A DNA stretch of 64,000 nt. It comes from Opitutales bacterium (GTDB lineage: Bacteria; Verrucomicrobiota; Verrucomicrobiia; Opitutales; PNEW01). A program made the translations under genes and the position numbers. The notes under the pieces were generated by a model. That model saw only the letters and a program-made list of their open reading frames with translations, had not been told where the DNA came from and did not search any database. This document shows, one piece after another, positions 10,051 to 20,728 of this stretch. Location of the stretch: positions 3,908,720 to 3,972,719 of the forward strand of contig OY829953.1 of NCBI GenBank assembly GCA_963692525.1, written 5' to 3'. Positions within the stretch are counted from its first letter, which is position 1, and every line of letters begins with the position of its first letter.

Positions 10051-10941
10051 ATGACAACGGCCAATGACACGAAACTAAGTGGAGGGGTATACACCCTTCT
10101 CTCAACACCATTCAATGAAGACGGAAGCCTGTTTGATTCACACAGCATGAGTCGCGAGATAGATTACATCCTCGAAGGTGGAGTAGATGGTCTCGTAGCG
10201 TGCGGAAAAGCGGGTGAGTTTGAGGGAATGAACCTCAATGAGATCGAGCAGGTATTGGATCATGTTCTTGAACATGTGAACGGCAGAGTGCCCGTCGGTA
10301 TGGGTATCATCTCTGTTGACCTCGACGATGCAATGAAAGCGGCAAAGATTGCCTCACGTAAAGGGGCCAGCTTTGCGATGGTAAAAAAACGTTCCTATAA
10401 AGACTTGCACTCTTTTTTCCTGAAAATTGCGGATGAGATACCGGTTATGCTCTATGACATGACCAATGAGGGAAAACTCAATATGCAACGCGATGTTCTC
10501 CCAATCGTTAACGATTGTGATCGCATTGCGGCATTGAAAGTAAGTGGAGATATTGGATCTTTTGAAGTGCTCAAGCATGAAACACTTTCTATCCCGGCCT
10601 TATGCGGATCAGATATGTATTCACTTATCACTTATCTCTGCGGGAGCGATGGCGTGATTGCCGGAAGCGCGGCTGTTATGCCCGATCATGAAGTTGTTCT
10701 ATACAAACTGGTGAAGGCGGAGAAATGGGATGAAGCGAGAGAACATTTCTATAATAAAATGCTACCACTCATTACATTCATAACACCTGATCCCTATGCA
10801 TTCTCAGTTGCCAAACACCTTCTCAAATGGAAGGGAATAATCGACCACGCAACAACGCGCCCACCCTACCCTAAAGCCGACGACTGGCATTTAGAAGAGG
10901 TGAAAAAACTGGCGATAAAACTGAAGCTAATTGAAAAATGA
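10051..10941 (+). CDS. DapA/NanA-family class I aldolase, divergent
   Basis: TPFNEDGS, GVDGLVACGKAGEFEGM (in place of GTTGE), MLYDM and a putative Schiff-base Lys in IAALKVSGD. Confidence 0.65.
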   Translation: MTTANDTKLSGGVYTLLSTPFNEDGSLFDSHSMSREIDYILEGGVDGLVACGKAGEFEGMNLNEIEQVLDHVLEHVNGRVPVGMGIISVDLDDAMKAAKIASRKGASFAMVKKRSYKDLHSFFLKIADEIPVMLYDMTNEGKLNMQRDVLPIVNDCDRIAALKVSGDIGSFEVLKHETLSIPALCGSDMYSLITYLCGSDGVIAGSAAVMPDHEVVLYKLVKAEKWDEAREHFYNKMLPLITFITPDPYAFSVAKHLLKWKGIIDHATTRPPYPKADDWHLEEVKKLAIKLKLIEK

Positions 10942-10962
10942 AAAATGTGAGAAAGGCATAAG

Positions 10963-11694
10963 ATGTGGAATTCAAAAAACACCAGTCCTGATTTGGAAAA
11001 AAGTAATGCTGATATAGCCATTCTGCCTGTAGGTGCGATCGAACAACATGACACGCATCTTCCTCTAGGCACCGATTGGATGGAAGCGGATGCCATTGGA
11101 GAGGGCATTGCCCGTGAATTAAATGCCTACCTGCTGCCAGCATTACCCTTTAGTAATTCCGAAGCGCATGCTGATTTTCGAGGGACGGTATCACTGAAAC
11201 ATGAAACGCTTGCCCTCGTAACTGAGGATCTCGTAACTTGCCTTTTTGCACAGGGCTTTAAAAAGGTCGTGATTGTAAATCTCCACGGTGGTAACACGAT
11301 TTTGAAGATCGCGGTGCGCAAACTGAATACGAATCGAAAAGACGGTAAAGTTCTGCTTATTACCCCAGGGACACCCCCGATTAATGAGCTGCGCGATATA
11401 TTCCCAGATTTAGACAACGATTTGCATGGCGGCGATTATGAAACTTCACTCATGCTGGCGATCGATGAATCTACAGTAGGAAAAGAGCGTCACGATCATG
11501 TTCCTCCCGGTAAATCCGCCGAATATTTTGACTACTTACCTATGAGCGCGATGAGTAAAACGGGAGTGTGGGGTAAATCAAGTTTAGCTTCTCGAGAAAA
11601 GGGAAAAAAAGCGTTTGCAATTGTTGTGAAACGTTACGCAGAACACATACGCGATACCTTTTCTCAGATCGAAGATGCAATTGATCAAGATTGA
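10963..11694 (+). CDS. Creatininase-family amidohydrolase
   Basis: Contains LPVGAIEQHDTHLPLGTD, VNLHGGN and HGGDYETS motifs. Confidence 0.8.
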   Translation: MWNSKNTSPDLEKSNADIAILPVGAIEQHDTHLPLGTDWMEADAIGEGIARELNAYLLPALPFSNSEAHADFRGTVSLKHETLALVTEDLVTCLFAQGFKKVVIVNLHGGNTILKIAVRKLNTNRKDGKVLLITPGTPPINELRDIFPDLDNDLHGGDYETSLMLAIDESTVGKERHDHVPPGKSAEYFDYLPMSAMSKTGVWGKSSLASREKGKKAFAIVVKRYAEHIRDTFSQIEDAIDQD

Positions 11695-11714
11695 TGTGTT
11701 AAGTGTAGTTTATA

Positions 11715-11970
11715 ATTCTTCGTCACCGTCTTCGTCTGCCTTTTCGTCTTTTATTTTTTAGCTGGTTTTAAGTAAAATATTCTTACAATCCAAGGTGGAG
11801 CGGGCTGCGATTCGGCTGAGCTCATCGAAGTCCTGTCCGACATAGCCTTGGCGACGGCTGATCCCTAGCACGCTTCTTCAATTACGACTTTCTCAAACGC
11901 GCTAGGGACAGCGCGTTCCACCTTTATATATTAAAGAATACTTACGATGAGGCAGACGAAGACGAAGATT
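11715..11970. mobile_element. Family-A element, 256 bp, filled form
   Basis: AATTCTTCGTC...CTTCGTC on the left and GACGAAGACGAAGATT on the right. The interior is GGTGGAGCGGGCTG + 54-nt core module + CCCTAGCACGC...GCGCTAGGG hairpin + CAGCGCGTTCCACC. It lies between convergent genes. Confidence 0.6.
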
Positions 11971-11993
11971 CTCATCCAACTTAACAACTGCCG

Positions 11994-12689
11994 TCACCGC
12001 TTTAACTCGGCGGAAATAAAGGTGGGAACGCAGTCGGGAGGCGGTACTTTTTGTGGCACCGGGTCCTCGACATCTGGAGCATGTCCGTGGCTGAAACCGG
12101 GAAAGTATGGAAATGAATAGCGATAGCGATAGCGGGCACGCCTTTCTGCGGCAAGAAGTCGGGCTTCTATTTCGGCCAAACGAGCTTCTTCTTCGGTGCG
12201 GGCAATCTCTTCATCGCGCTCAAGGAATGCCGCGTCTAATTGATCAGAGATATCATTATCGGGAAAAATGCGGTGGAAATTCCTCCAGTAGTGGATACGA
12301 CTTTCGGCTGAAGCGGTCTTGAATTTCAGACTGTTCAGCTTTTCTTTTTTCAGTTCGAGCCCCCTGATGATTCGCTGTTGATTACGCTCTTTGGCGAGTA
12401 AGACTGCGAGTTCGCGCCGTTTTTTCTCTCGGGCATGTTTCACTGCCGCCGCGCTTTCGTTGATGAGCTTAATTTCTGTCACTACACCATCGATAAATAT
12501 TACTTCACCTCGATCGAAAAAATAGGTCTGTTTTTCATTAACAGAAATAGCGCCGTTAGGGCTGCCGAGGACAGCCTGAACACGATTAATTGAATCCCCC
12601 TCTTTCACCACGGCAGAAAATCCGGTTGAGAAAGAAAATAAAACCACAAGGCTGAGAGGACCGCATATTCGCTTGGAAAGTGTCATCAT
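11994..12689 (-). CDS. Hypothetical secreted coiled-coil protein
   Basis: ATG 12689 gives MMTLSKRICGPLSLVVLFSF, a signal peptide; the ORF-track extension to 12803 is unlikely. It has a charged Arg/Glu-rich helical middle and a Pro-rich tail. Confidence 0.5.
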   Translation of the reverse strand: MMTLSKRICGPLSLVVLFSFSTGFSAVVKEGDSINRVQAVLGSPNGAISVNEKQTYFFDRGEVIFIDGVVTEIKLINESAAAVKHAREKKRRELAVLLAKERNQQRIIRGLELKKEKLNSLKFKTASAESRIHYWRNFHRIFPDNDISDQLDAAFLERDEEIARTEEEARLAEIEARLLAAERRARYRYRYSFPYFPGFSHGHAPDVEDPVPQKVPPPDCVPTFISAELKR

Positions 12690-12886
12690 TACTGTTGGAG
12701 AAAATATCGCGCTTGTTTGTTCCAATTTAATTACAAATAAACGAATTTCAAGTGGAAAAAGTATGCAAAAAAGTGTCTCATCAACGCGGTGATGATTGAT
12801 CAATTTATTCGTTCTTGCACAATGCTTGAATCCTCCTCGTATTGAATCATCACTTACCCATACGCTTATAATAAAAATTAATTAAA

Positions 12887-13798
12887 ATGTCATTGCGAAC
12901 ACTCTTCGAAAATAAATATTACGAATCGTTAAAATATTTTCGCTACTTCTATGACGATCTCAATGAATACGGTAATCCTGAACAAGCGGATGAAGCGTTC
13001 TATTTTATTTACGGTTTTGATGGATCACCCGGTCAAATCCGTTTCGCAATTCCCAGCCTTTATCAAAAGTTCCAGCACCGATTTTATATCCGTTCTCTCT
13101 CTCTTCCCGAGTTTTCGGCCAGCACTCCAATCTGGGAAAAATATTCACCGGAAAATCAAAATAAAAGAGAATCGAAAATAAATGAGGATCTTTGCGATCT
13201 TGCGAAAAAGTTTGAGAAGGTTTCAATCGTGGCATCAAGCACCGGGTTCTATGATTTTCTTCCCGTCTATCCCCAGCTATCAAAAGAGATCCAGAAATCA
13301 TTGCAGCTCTTCTGGGTCGCTTCGGCACCTGATTACGCAGAAAACAGTGCTTGGGAAAAACTATTTTTCCCTCTCAATGGTTTTGAGAAAAACGAATTTC
13401 GGTGGTTCGCTCTCCCAAACAGTAATCTTTTAACCTTCATTAATCCCGAAGCGAGTTTAACTTATAATTGGAAGTTTGGTGCTCAAAACAGGATATTATT
13501 CAAGCATGATCTTGAATCCCGTTTTAAAGTTTTTGGTTTTTCATGGACGTATTTATCCTCCGATTGCATGAACTGGCTCCTTAATCACTGCACTGAAAAT
13601 ATCACTGCGCCGATTGATATAAAGGCATACGTTTTATCAGCCACTAAAGATGGTTACTGGCAGGGTCAGTCTATACCTGAAATGAAACAAGTTATAAATA
13701 AATACATTACTCCTCAATCTATGATTTGGAAAGACAACTCTCACCTCTGGGTGAATACCCCGGAAAACATCAGTGAACTTCTATCCCTTGCTACTTAA
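12887..13798 (+). CDS. Hypothetical protein (possibly alpha/beta-hydrolase-like)
   Basis: A 303-aa AT-rich ORF. IVASSTG resembles a nucleophile elbow, but no family was recognised. Confidence 0.45.
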   Translation: MSLRTLFENKYYESLKYFRYFYDDLNEYGNPEQADEAFYFIYGFDGSPGQIRFAIPSLYQKFQHRFYIRSLSLPEFSASTPIWEKYSPENQNKRESKINEDLCDLAKKFEKVSIVASSTGFYDFLPVYPQLSKEIQKSLQLFWVASAPDYAENSAWEKLFFPLNGFEKNEFRWFALPNSNLLTFINPEASLTYNWKFGAQNRILFKHDLESRFKVFGFSWTYLSSDCMNWLLNHCTENITAPIDIKAYVLSATKDGYWQGQSIPEMKQVINKYITPQSMIWKDNSHLWVNTPENISELLSLAT

Positions 13799-13975
13799 TT
13801 GAGAGCAATTAGATTTTATTTTTTATTTCGTAATCCTTATTTTACGAATAAAAATACAAGTAAAAGATGCTTGTTAAAGATCCCTCATCCTGACAACATT
13901 GCATCACACTCAGTCTCTAAAAATATTTTCTGGTGATAAATTTAATGGTCTTCCCCTTACTATTATAGATTCCTT

Positions 13976-14353
13976 ATGAAAAAAGTTTTTTTAGTTGAAG
14001 ATAATAAAGACAATGCTGATTTGGTTCTCGATATGCTCAATGGCATATACGAGATAAAAATTTTCACCCACGCTATCGAGCTGTTTAATTATTTAGACCA
14101 GCCGGATTCTATCGTCCCCGATGTATTTCTCATGGATATTAATTTACCGGGGATGACCGGGGATGAGATATTAGAGAACATTCGTATTTATTCTAAATAT
14201 GACAAGGTCCCCGTCATTGCTGTTACCGCGCAGAAATTGGGAAATGATGAAGAACACTATATTAGTGTCGGTTTCGCCGGCTATATCGCCAAGCCCATTA
14301 CGGATAGCGATATTCTCATTCAATCAATTGAAGCTGCAGCCAATGTCAGCTAA
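13976..14353 (+). CDS. Stand-alone response-regulator receiver (CheY-like)
   Basis: LVEDN, FLMDINLPGMTG, VIAVTA and YIAKP receiver motifs are present. There is no output domain and no kinase nearby. Confidence 0.85.
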   Translation: MKKVFLVEDNKDNADLVLDMLNGIYEIKIFTHAIELFNYLDQPDSIVPDVFLMDINLPGMTGDEILENIRIYSKYDKVPVIAVTAQKLGNDEEHYISVGFAGYIAKPITDSDILIQSIEAAANVS

Positions 14354-14448
14354 TAAAAGCGGCGATACTCCCTCACTGACATTGAGCGAGGTTTTGCGTT
14401 AAGCAAACCACCCTTCCATTGGGAAGTGGATGGCTTACCCGATAACAG

Positions 14449-14802
14449 CTCTTCGTCTGCCTCTTAGTCTTCGTCCCAGACGCCCTAATACTTCATGATT
14501 ATTGTAGCTTAAGATGGAGCGGGCTGCGATTCGGCTGAGCTCATCGAAGTCCTGTCCGACATAGCCTTGGCGACGGCTGATGCATAGCACGCTCCTTCAA
14601 CTACAACTAACTTAAACGCGTTAGGGATCAGCCATCCTGGAGGGCCACGCTCCTGCCTGTCCGACATAGCCTTGGCATCGGCTGATCGTGGCCGTTAATA
14701 ACATTTCAAAGCGGACGCAATGGAATGCGTCCCTCCATTCCTTATAAAATAATAGGATCTCTATAACAGACGAAGAGCCTGACGTGGACAAAGACGAAGA
14801 TT
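14449..14802. mobile_element. Family-A element, 354 bp long form
   Basis: CTCTTCGTCTGC on the left and GACAAAGACGAAGATT on the right. It is nearly colinear with 26405-26820, including the GGAGGG-GGCCACG...CGTGGCC-GGACGCAatggaaTGCGTCC-CTCC module. Confidence 0.6.
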
Positions 14803-14824
14803 AGTAGAGCTGCCGCCTCACCGC

Positions 14825-15595
14825 TTAAACCGCGGTCCAACCTCCGTCTACCATGAGCGTATGACCTGTAACCAGATCGGAAGCGGAACTCGCGAGATAG
14901 ATAACGGCACCTAGAATATCCTCAGGCCGGCCGATGCGTTGTATAGGTTGACGCTCAAAATATTTTTCCTTGAAGTCCTCATTTTCAAATAAGGATTTTG
15001 TCAGTGGTGTTAATAAATAGGTGGGACCAATTGCGTTTACATTGATTCCATATTCTGCCCACTCCGCTGCCAGGGTACGGGTTAAATTGATAACTCCCGC
15101 CTTGCTTGCTGTATACGATGCCCGTTCATCAGATCCGATTACACCATTTATGGAGGAGATATTGATAATTTTCCCGGATCGCTTTTTTATCATTTCACGG
15201 GCGACAGACTGACTCGTAAAAAAGACCCCTTTTAAATTCACGTCCATCACGCGGTCCCACTCTTCCTCCGAAGTTTCGATCGCTTTTTTCCTGATGATGA
15301 CACCGGCATTGTTGACGAGAATATCAATCCTGCCAAAACTCTCTACGGCTCTTTCCACCATTTGCTCTACACTCTTTATTTTCCGCACGTCCAGTTCCAC
15401 GGTGATCGCCTCTCTCCCTCCTTTCCGAACTGCTTCAGCTGTCTCAAAGGCTGCTTCCTCCTTACCCGGGAGTTCGGTGACGACAACAGTTGCACCGGCT
15501 TGAGAAATTCCCAGGGCTATGGATCGCCCGATCCCGGAACCGCTTCCAGTGATTATCGCCACTTTCCCCGTTAAATCAAAATTTACTCCCTCCAT
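14825..15595 (-). CDS. Short-chain dehydrogenase/reductase (FabG-like)
   Basis: Contains TGSGSGIGRS, NNAG and YTASKAG motifs. Confidence 0.85.
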   Translation of the reverse strand: MEGVNFDLTGKVAIITGSGSGIGRSIALGISQAGATVVVTELPGKEEAAFETAEAVRKGGREAITVELDVRKIKSVEQMVERAVESFGRIDILVNNAGVIIRKKAIETSEEEWDRVMDVNLKGVFFTSQSVAREMIKKRSGKIINISSINGVIGSDERASYTASKAGVINLTRTLAAEWAEYGINVNAIGPTYLLTPLTKSLFENEDFKEKYFERQPIQRIGRPEDILGAVIYLASSASDLVTGHTLMVDGGWTAV

Positions 15596-15843
15596 CTATT
15601 TATCTCTCATCCTGCATTTCTCATTAAAAGTCTCCCTTCAATCTTTAAAACTGAGGTGACGTGAAAATGCGAGCCATCGATTAATATACCTTAGCTTAAT
15701 TCATTTGGTAAAATCTCTGTGAAAATGAAGTTACAGGAAAATATGAGGTTTACTCACTAAGTAAAATAAGTATAATACCCTATGTTTTATAACCCAATTT
15801 AGGAATGGCAGATTCTGGTTAATTACATTTAAGCATTAAAAGC

Positions 15844-16200
15844 ATGATGGAAGAAATTATCAATATACTCCCTGGTGAGACGATTATCACTCAAGGTGAA
15901 GAAGCTGATGGGTTTTACATTCTACATTCAGGGCAGGTAGAGGTGCTCAAAGACGGTGTTTTACTCAGTGTGCTTCAACAACCCGGCGCTTTATTTGGCG
16001 AGATGGGTGGTATGGTAAACAAGCCTCGAACCTGCTCGGTAAGAGCTAAAGGTCCGACAAAAGTGATCCATGTAATAACGACCAACTTGAAAGAGTTCAT
16101 CCTGAAAAATCCCGATACGGTCACAGAGATTTTCAAAACACTTTCCGGACGATTGGACCGCACGACCCAAAAGCTGGATCAATTGGCCAGGTCTTCTTAA
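15844..16200 (+). CDS. Cyclic-nucleotide-binding domain protein (domain only)
   Basis: 118 aa with the FGEMGG...RTCSVRA phosphate-binding cassette pattern. Confidence 0.7.
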   Translation: MMEEIINILPGETIITQGEEADGFYILHSGQVEVLKDGVLLSVLQQPGALFGEMGGMVNKPRTCSVRAKGPTKVIHVITTNLKEFILKNPDTVTEIFKTLSGRLDRTTQKLDQLARSS

Positions 16201-16221
16201 GCGATTATCATATACGGTAAT

Positions 16222-17367
16222 TTACCTCCTGCGGTCTGTTACATCCTGCGAACGCGGCCAGCTAAAGTAGGAGATATCGATATCACTTTTTCCCCCCATT
16301 ATCTCGGTCGCTAAACTGCGTCCGATAGCTGGTGAGCTGGCAAAACCGTTTCCGCTCCAACCGCAATCGCACCAGAATCCATCCACCTCTGGTATCCTTC
16401 CGATAATAGGATGTCCATCGGGAGACATATCATAGACCGCTGAAAAACCGCCCGTGAAATAAGTTTTCCTCATGACTGCAAACCGCTGATCCAGAGGTTT
16501 GCGAAAGACGGGGAGCTGATCCTCACTCAAGGTTTCATCGTAAGTGTCAGGATCCACGGGATCTTTTTCTGAGCCGAATAGACCCGACCTGAATATATTC
16601 TCATCGGCTTTTCGCAAATACACACCATGGGTTCCATCGGAGTAGACGGGATTTTCAATATTCATTTCCAGAGGCCGACGAAAGAGACAAACGGGAATGC
16701 GATGAACTTCAATGGGCAGTTGAATACCTGCATAAGCAGCGATGCGATCACTCCATGCGCCCGCACAATTGACAACGGTGCGCGTGCTGATTTCCCCCTC
16801 GTCCGTTTGAATTGCTTCTATACGCCCCTGAGAGACTTTAATTCCCGTAACACTTACCCCTTCGATGATCTCAGCACCCAGGCTTTTAGCAGCAGCAGCT
16901 AAGGATAAGGTTGTTAAATAAGGATCAGCATAACCACCTTCAGGAAATAAAACTGCTATTTCCTTTTCACCAAACTGTGCATTGGGGGCATAATTTTTCA
17001 ATTCATCGTTAGGAATAATCTGAAAATTCACCCCCTGGCTTTTCGCGAGATCAAGATCCCCCGCCAAAGCGTTTTTTTCTAACGAATCAGTTATTCTGAG
17101 AAATCCATTTTGCACAAATCCCGCAGAACCACCAACGTATTCACCCCATTGTTCAAACAATTTAGTCGATTCACTGACCAATTGGACATAAACCAGTTCA
17201 TTAAAAAGGGGGCGTATCATGGCACTCGATTTAGCCGTCGGTCCTGCAGCCATATGTTTCTTCTCAAGAAGGACGATCTTTCCCGCTTTTTCACGCGCCA
17301 AGTGAAAGGCCAGACTGGCGCCATGGACACCACCACCTACGATAACAATATCAGCTGTGTTAATCAT
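16222..17367 (-). CDS. FAD-dependent oxidoreductase (DAO / sarcosine-oxidase-beta-like)
   Basis: IVIVGGGVHGASLAFHLA dinucleotide-binding start; 381 aa. Confidence 0.8.
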   Translation of the reverse strand: MINTADIVIVGGGVHGASLAFHLAREKAGKIVLLEKKHMAAGPTAKSSAMIRPLFNELVYVQLVSESTKLFEQWGEYVGGSAGFVQNGFLRITDSLEKNALAGDLDLAKSQGVNFQIIPNDELKNYAPNAQFGEKEIAVLFPEGGYADPYLTTLSLAAAAKSLGAEIIEGVSVTGIKVSQGRIEAIQTDEGEISTRTVVNCAGAWSDRIAAYAGIQLPIEVHRIPVCLFRRPLEMNIENPVYSDGTHGVYLRKADENIFRSGLFGSEKDPVDPDTYDETLSEDQLPVFRKPLDQRFAVMRKTYFTGGFSAVYDMSPDGHPIIGRIPEVDGFWCDCGWSGNGFASSPAIGRSLATEIMGGKSDIDISYFSWPRSQDVTDRRR

Positions 17368-17636
17368 AATTCAGATTTTTAAGTCATTTAGCTTTGATTG
17401 CAGTAATTTAATCGCGAGATCACTTCAACATAGGGGCGGGGCGATCGTTATCAGATATAATCTTTTTCTCATTACTTGACATCTTATGAATATCGCCTGG
17501 CATTTTACGTCAATCTTCCTTCATTTTGCCATCGCGTATAGCTCCTATTAAAATTACATAAGATATTTTAATATAATAACTTATATAACTATTAGGATAC
17601 TGGCATCACTCGTGCTAGGTAGTCGCATAATAAGCG

Positions 17637-19118
17637 ATGGCATCCTTGAGTTATAATAGTGTTCGACCTGATCGCATTGACCGCAGTCTGTCAAAGGTTG
17701 GCGGAAGATGGGTTAACGATATACACTCCCAACTTAACCGTACCTGGGTAAACCGCGTGGTGAAGGTAGATTCGATTGGATCCATACAGCAGACTATCAT
17801 TTACGCCAGAAACGCAGGCAAAGAAATATGCATTGCTGGAGGGAGGCATGCGATGGGGGGACAACAATTCGCCAGTGACGCCATATTGATCGATACCACG
17901 GGATTAAATCGGGTGCTCCGCTTTGACTGCCAACGAGGAACAATCGAAGTTGAAGCCGGTATTCATTGGCCAGAATTAATTACTTACTTAAATACGGCAG
18001 AGAGGAATTCGACTTATTCCTGGTCTATCACTCAAAAGCAAACAGGTGCAGATCGACTGAGCATTGGCGGAGCCCTCGCTGCAAACATTCACGGGAGGGG
18101 GCTTTTCTTCAAACCCTTTATTCAGGACATCGAATCTTTCCTCTTGATTGATGCACGAGGTCTATTACTGCGGTGCAGTCGCCAGGAAAATTCCGATCTA
18201 TTTCGATTGGCAATTGGTGGTTACGGTCTTTTTGGCATTATATATTCGGTGACATTGCGACTGGTCCCCCGAAAAAAGATTAAACGGTATGTAGAAATAG
18301 AAGTAATTGAAAACTTGATCTGCGCTGTCAACAAACGCATCGATGATGGTTTTACTTATGGAGATTTTCAGTTTTCTACTGACGAGACATCTGAAGATTT
18401 TTTACGAAAAGGGGTGTTTTCCTCTTATCGCCCGATTGACACGGATATACCGATTCCGACTGACCAGAAAAAACTATCTGCTGACGATTGGAAAAACCTT
18501 TTGATGCTGGCGCACATCGATAAAGGAAAGGCATTTCAAATATACTCTGATTTTTATCTCTCTTCCTCTAATCAGTTGTACTACTCTGATACTCATCAGT
18601 TAAGTATTTATATTGATGACTACCATTGTGACATGGACTTGAATCTGGGTACCGTTAATCCGGCATCTGAAATTATCACAGAAATATTTGTCCCCAGAGA
18701 CATGCTTGAGGAATTCATGAGGATTGTGCGCGTCGATTTCATAGATAACGATGTCAACTTAATATACGGAACGATAAGAATGATCGAGAGAGACGATGAG
18801 AGCTATTTAGCCTGGGCAAAACAATCTTATGCCTGTGTTATTTTTAATCTTCACACTGAGCACACGAACGAAGGCATAGCGCACACAAAGGAAGCTTTCC
18901 GCCGTCTCATTGACATCGCAATCTATTTTGGCGGGAGTTATTATTTAACCTATCATAAATTTGCTACGCGCAGGCAGGTACAGGCTTGCTACCCAGAATT
19001 TCGAGCTTTTCTTCGACAAAAAATGCTGTATGACCCCGAAGAACGATTTCAGAGCGACTGGTACCGTCACCACAAAAGTTTATTCACTGAAAAAAACTTT
19101 GCAACTGTTCATGCGTGA
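17637..19118 (+). CDS. FAD-binding (PCMH-type) oxidase
   Basis: The N half has ICIAGGRHAMGGQQF and GIHWPEL typical of FAD_binding_4 oxidases; 493 aa. Confidence 0.65.
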   Translation: MASLSYNSVRPDRIDRSLSKVGGRWVNDIHSQLNRTWVNRVVKVDSIGSIQQTIIYARNAGKEICIAGGRHAMGGQQFASDAILIDTTGLNRVLRFDCQRGTIEVEAGIHWPELITYLNTAERNSTYSWSITQKQTGADRLSIGGALAANIHGRGLFFKPFIQDIESFLLIDARGLLLRCSRQENSDLFRLAIGGYGLFGIIYSVTLRLVPRKKIKRYVEIEVIENLICAVNKRIDDGFTYGDFQFSTDETSEDFLRKGVFSSYRPIDTDIPIPTDQKKLSADDWKNLLMLAHIDKGKAFQIYSDFYLSSSNQLYYSDTHQLSIYIDDYHCDMDLNLGTVNPASEIITEIFVPRDMLEEFMRIVRVDFIDNDVNLIYGTIRMIERDDESYLAWAKQSYACVIFNLHTEHTNEGIAHTKEAFRRLIDIAIYFGGSYYLTYHKFATRRQVQACYPEFRAFLRQKMLYDPEERFQSDWYRHHKSLFTEKNFATVHA

Positions 19119-19130
19119 GTGAGGGGCAAC

Positions 19131-19180
19131 AATCTTCGTCTTCGTCTCGCTGTAATAAGCACAATAGCACGGCAAGGGAA
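19131..19180. repeat. Family-A remnant (left terminus only)
   Basis: AATCTTCGTCTTCGTC followed by sequence resembling the interior of 3404-3478. No right terminus is present. Confidence 0.4.
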
Positions 19181-19201
19181 AATGATTTTGATTTAAAAGC
19201 C

Positions 19202-20572
19202 TTAATCTAAGGACCTCTCAATTCGGGGATAATAGATGGCTAAAAAAACAGCCCTCGCAAACATTAAGAGGATAAGTGAAAGCCAAAGCCCGTGGTTCCC
19301 CCAACGTGGCACGAATATCCAAACGGCGACGAGAAAAGAGCTGACTGCTAATAGCATACCGTTTCTCATTTCCACCGATCGCGTCGACGCAATAAATATT
19401 CCGTCCAGTTGATAGCTCCAGACAGAGATTAAGGGTGATACAATCAACCACGGCAAAAATTCCGTGGCTCTTAATCTAACATTTTCGATCCCGGTAATTG
19501 CATTGATGATATGTATGCCGAAGCACGCATAGATAATGGTATAAATACCGGCAAAGATTAAAGCCCACAGGGTAGTCGCTTTAATCGCGGCCCTAAAATG
19601 AGATCGACTGCGCATCCCATAGGCACTACCGGCAAGGGCTTCGACGGCAAAAGCAAAACCATCGAGTCCGAAGGCTAGAAAATGCTGCATATGCATAAGC
19701 ACCGCGTTTGCCGCTAGAGTTACCTCCCCCATTTTGGTACTCATCGCGGTGAAATAAAAAAAGGCGAAGATTACGCCTAAAGTTCTTATAAAGATATTGG
19801 CATTTACATGAATGAGCGCTTTCAAGCTGCGGGGATCGAATATGGCATGCGGCTTCCAACTCCCGCCCAAGCGATCGAAATTGAGTTTTATAATCCAAAG
19901 ACCAACGAAAACTGCAATGTACTCACTGATCAATGATGCTAGCCCTACTCCTTCCACTCCCCAGCCAAAGCCCAAAACAAAAAGAAGATCCAAAGCAACG
20001 TTGCAAAGATTAAGCGTTAATTGTACCCCCAGAGCGGCGCGGGTATTGTGTATGCCGACGAGACAGCCGAGGATAGCAAAATTTACGAGGGCCGCGGGAG
20101 CGCTCCAGATACGGACCGCGAAATAGCTTTGCGCCAGGCCTTCGAGTTGACGACTCCCCTCCAAGACTGAGAAAGCCAGTTTCGCGATGGGAAGTTGCAT
20201 CGCGATGACGAAAATACCAATGACAACTGCGATTAGCAGAGCACGGGCAAGAGCGACGCGAACTTCAGAAGCGTCACCCGCGCCATAAGCTTGGGCAATA
20301 AATCCCGAAGTCCCCATACGAAGAAAACCAAACCCCCAGTAGAGGAAGTTAAATACGACTGCCCCCAGCGCAACGGCACCCATATAGACGGCATCAGGCA
20401 AATGTCCAACCACGGCAGTATCGACTGCTCCCACGAGTGGCACCGTCAGATTTGAGAGAATAATCGGACCGGCTAGAACCCAGACTCGGCGATGCCAATC
20501 ACGCGTAGTAGACGGAAGCGTATGGTTAGATGGTTCCAGGGTTTTTTTGGTATTTGGGGTATCTTCAGCCAC
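19202..20572 (-). CDS. MATE family efflux transporter
   Basis: 456 aa, about 12 TM helices, with a DinF/NorM-like pattern throughout. Confidence 0.8.
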   Translation of the reverse strand: MAEDTPNTKKTLEPSNHTLPSTTRDWHRRVWVLAGPIILSNLTVPLVGAVDTAVVGHLPDAVYMGAVALGAVVFNFLYWGFGFLRMGTSGFIAQAYGAGDASEVRVALARALLIAVVIGIFVIAMQLPIAKLAFSVLEGSRQLEGLAQSYFAVRIWSAPAALVNFAILGCLVGIHNTRAALGVQLTLNLCNVALDLLFVLGFGWGVEGVGLASLISEYIAVFVGLWIIKLNFDRLGGSWKPHAIFDPRSLKALIHVNANIFIRTLGVIFAFFYFTAMSTKMGEVTLAANAVLMHMQHFLAFGLDGFAFAVEALAGSAYGMRSRSHFRAAIKATTLWALIFAGIYTIIYACFGIHIINAITGIENVRLRATEFLPWLIVSPLISVWSYQLDGIFIASTRSVEMRNGMLLAVSSFLVAVWIFVPRWGNHGLWLSLILLMFARAVFLAIYYPRIERSLD

Positions 20573-20728
20573 AACGAAGCATAAAATAAGAAGTTGGAGG
20601 TATGATGATCAGAAGAGGCTGATCAACATTAGACAGATAGACTTTACACTTCCCATAATATTTTAAATAATAATGAATCGGAACTGTTGATCAGGCCGAA
20701 AGGTAAATCTATTAAGGAGTGATTGATT

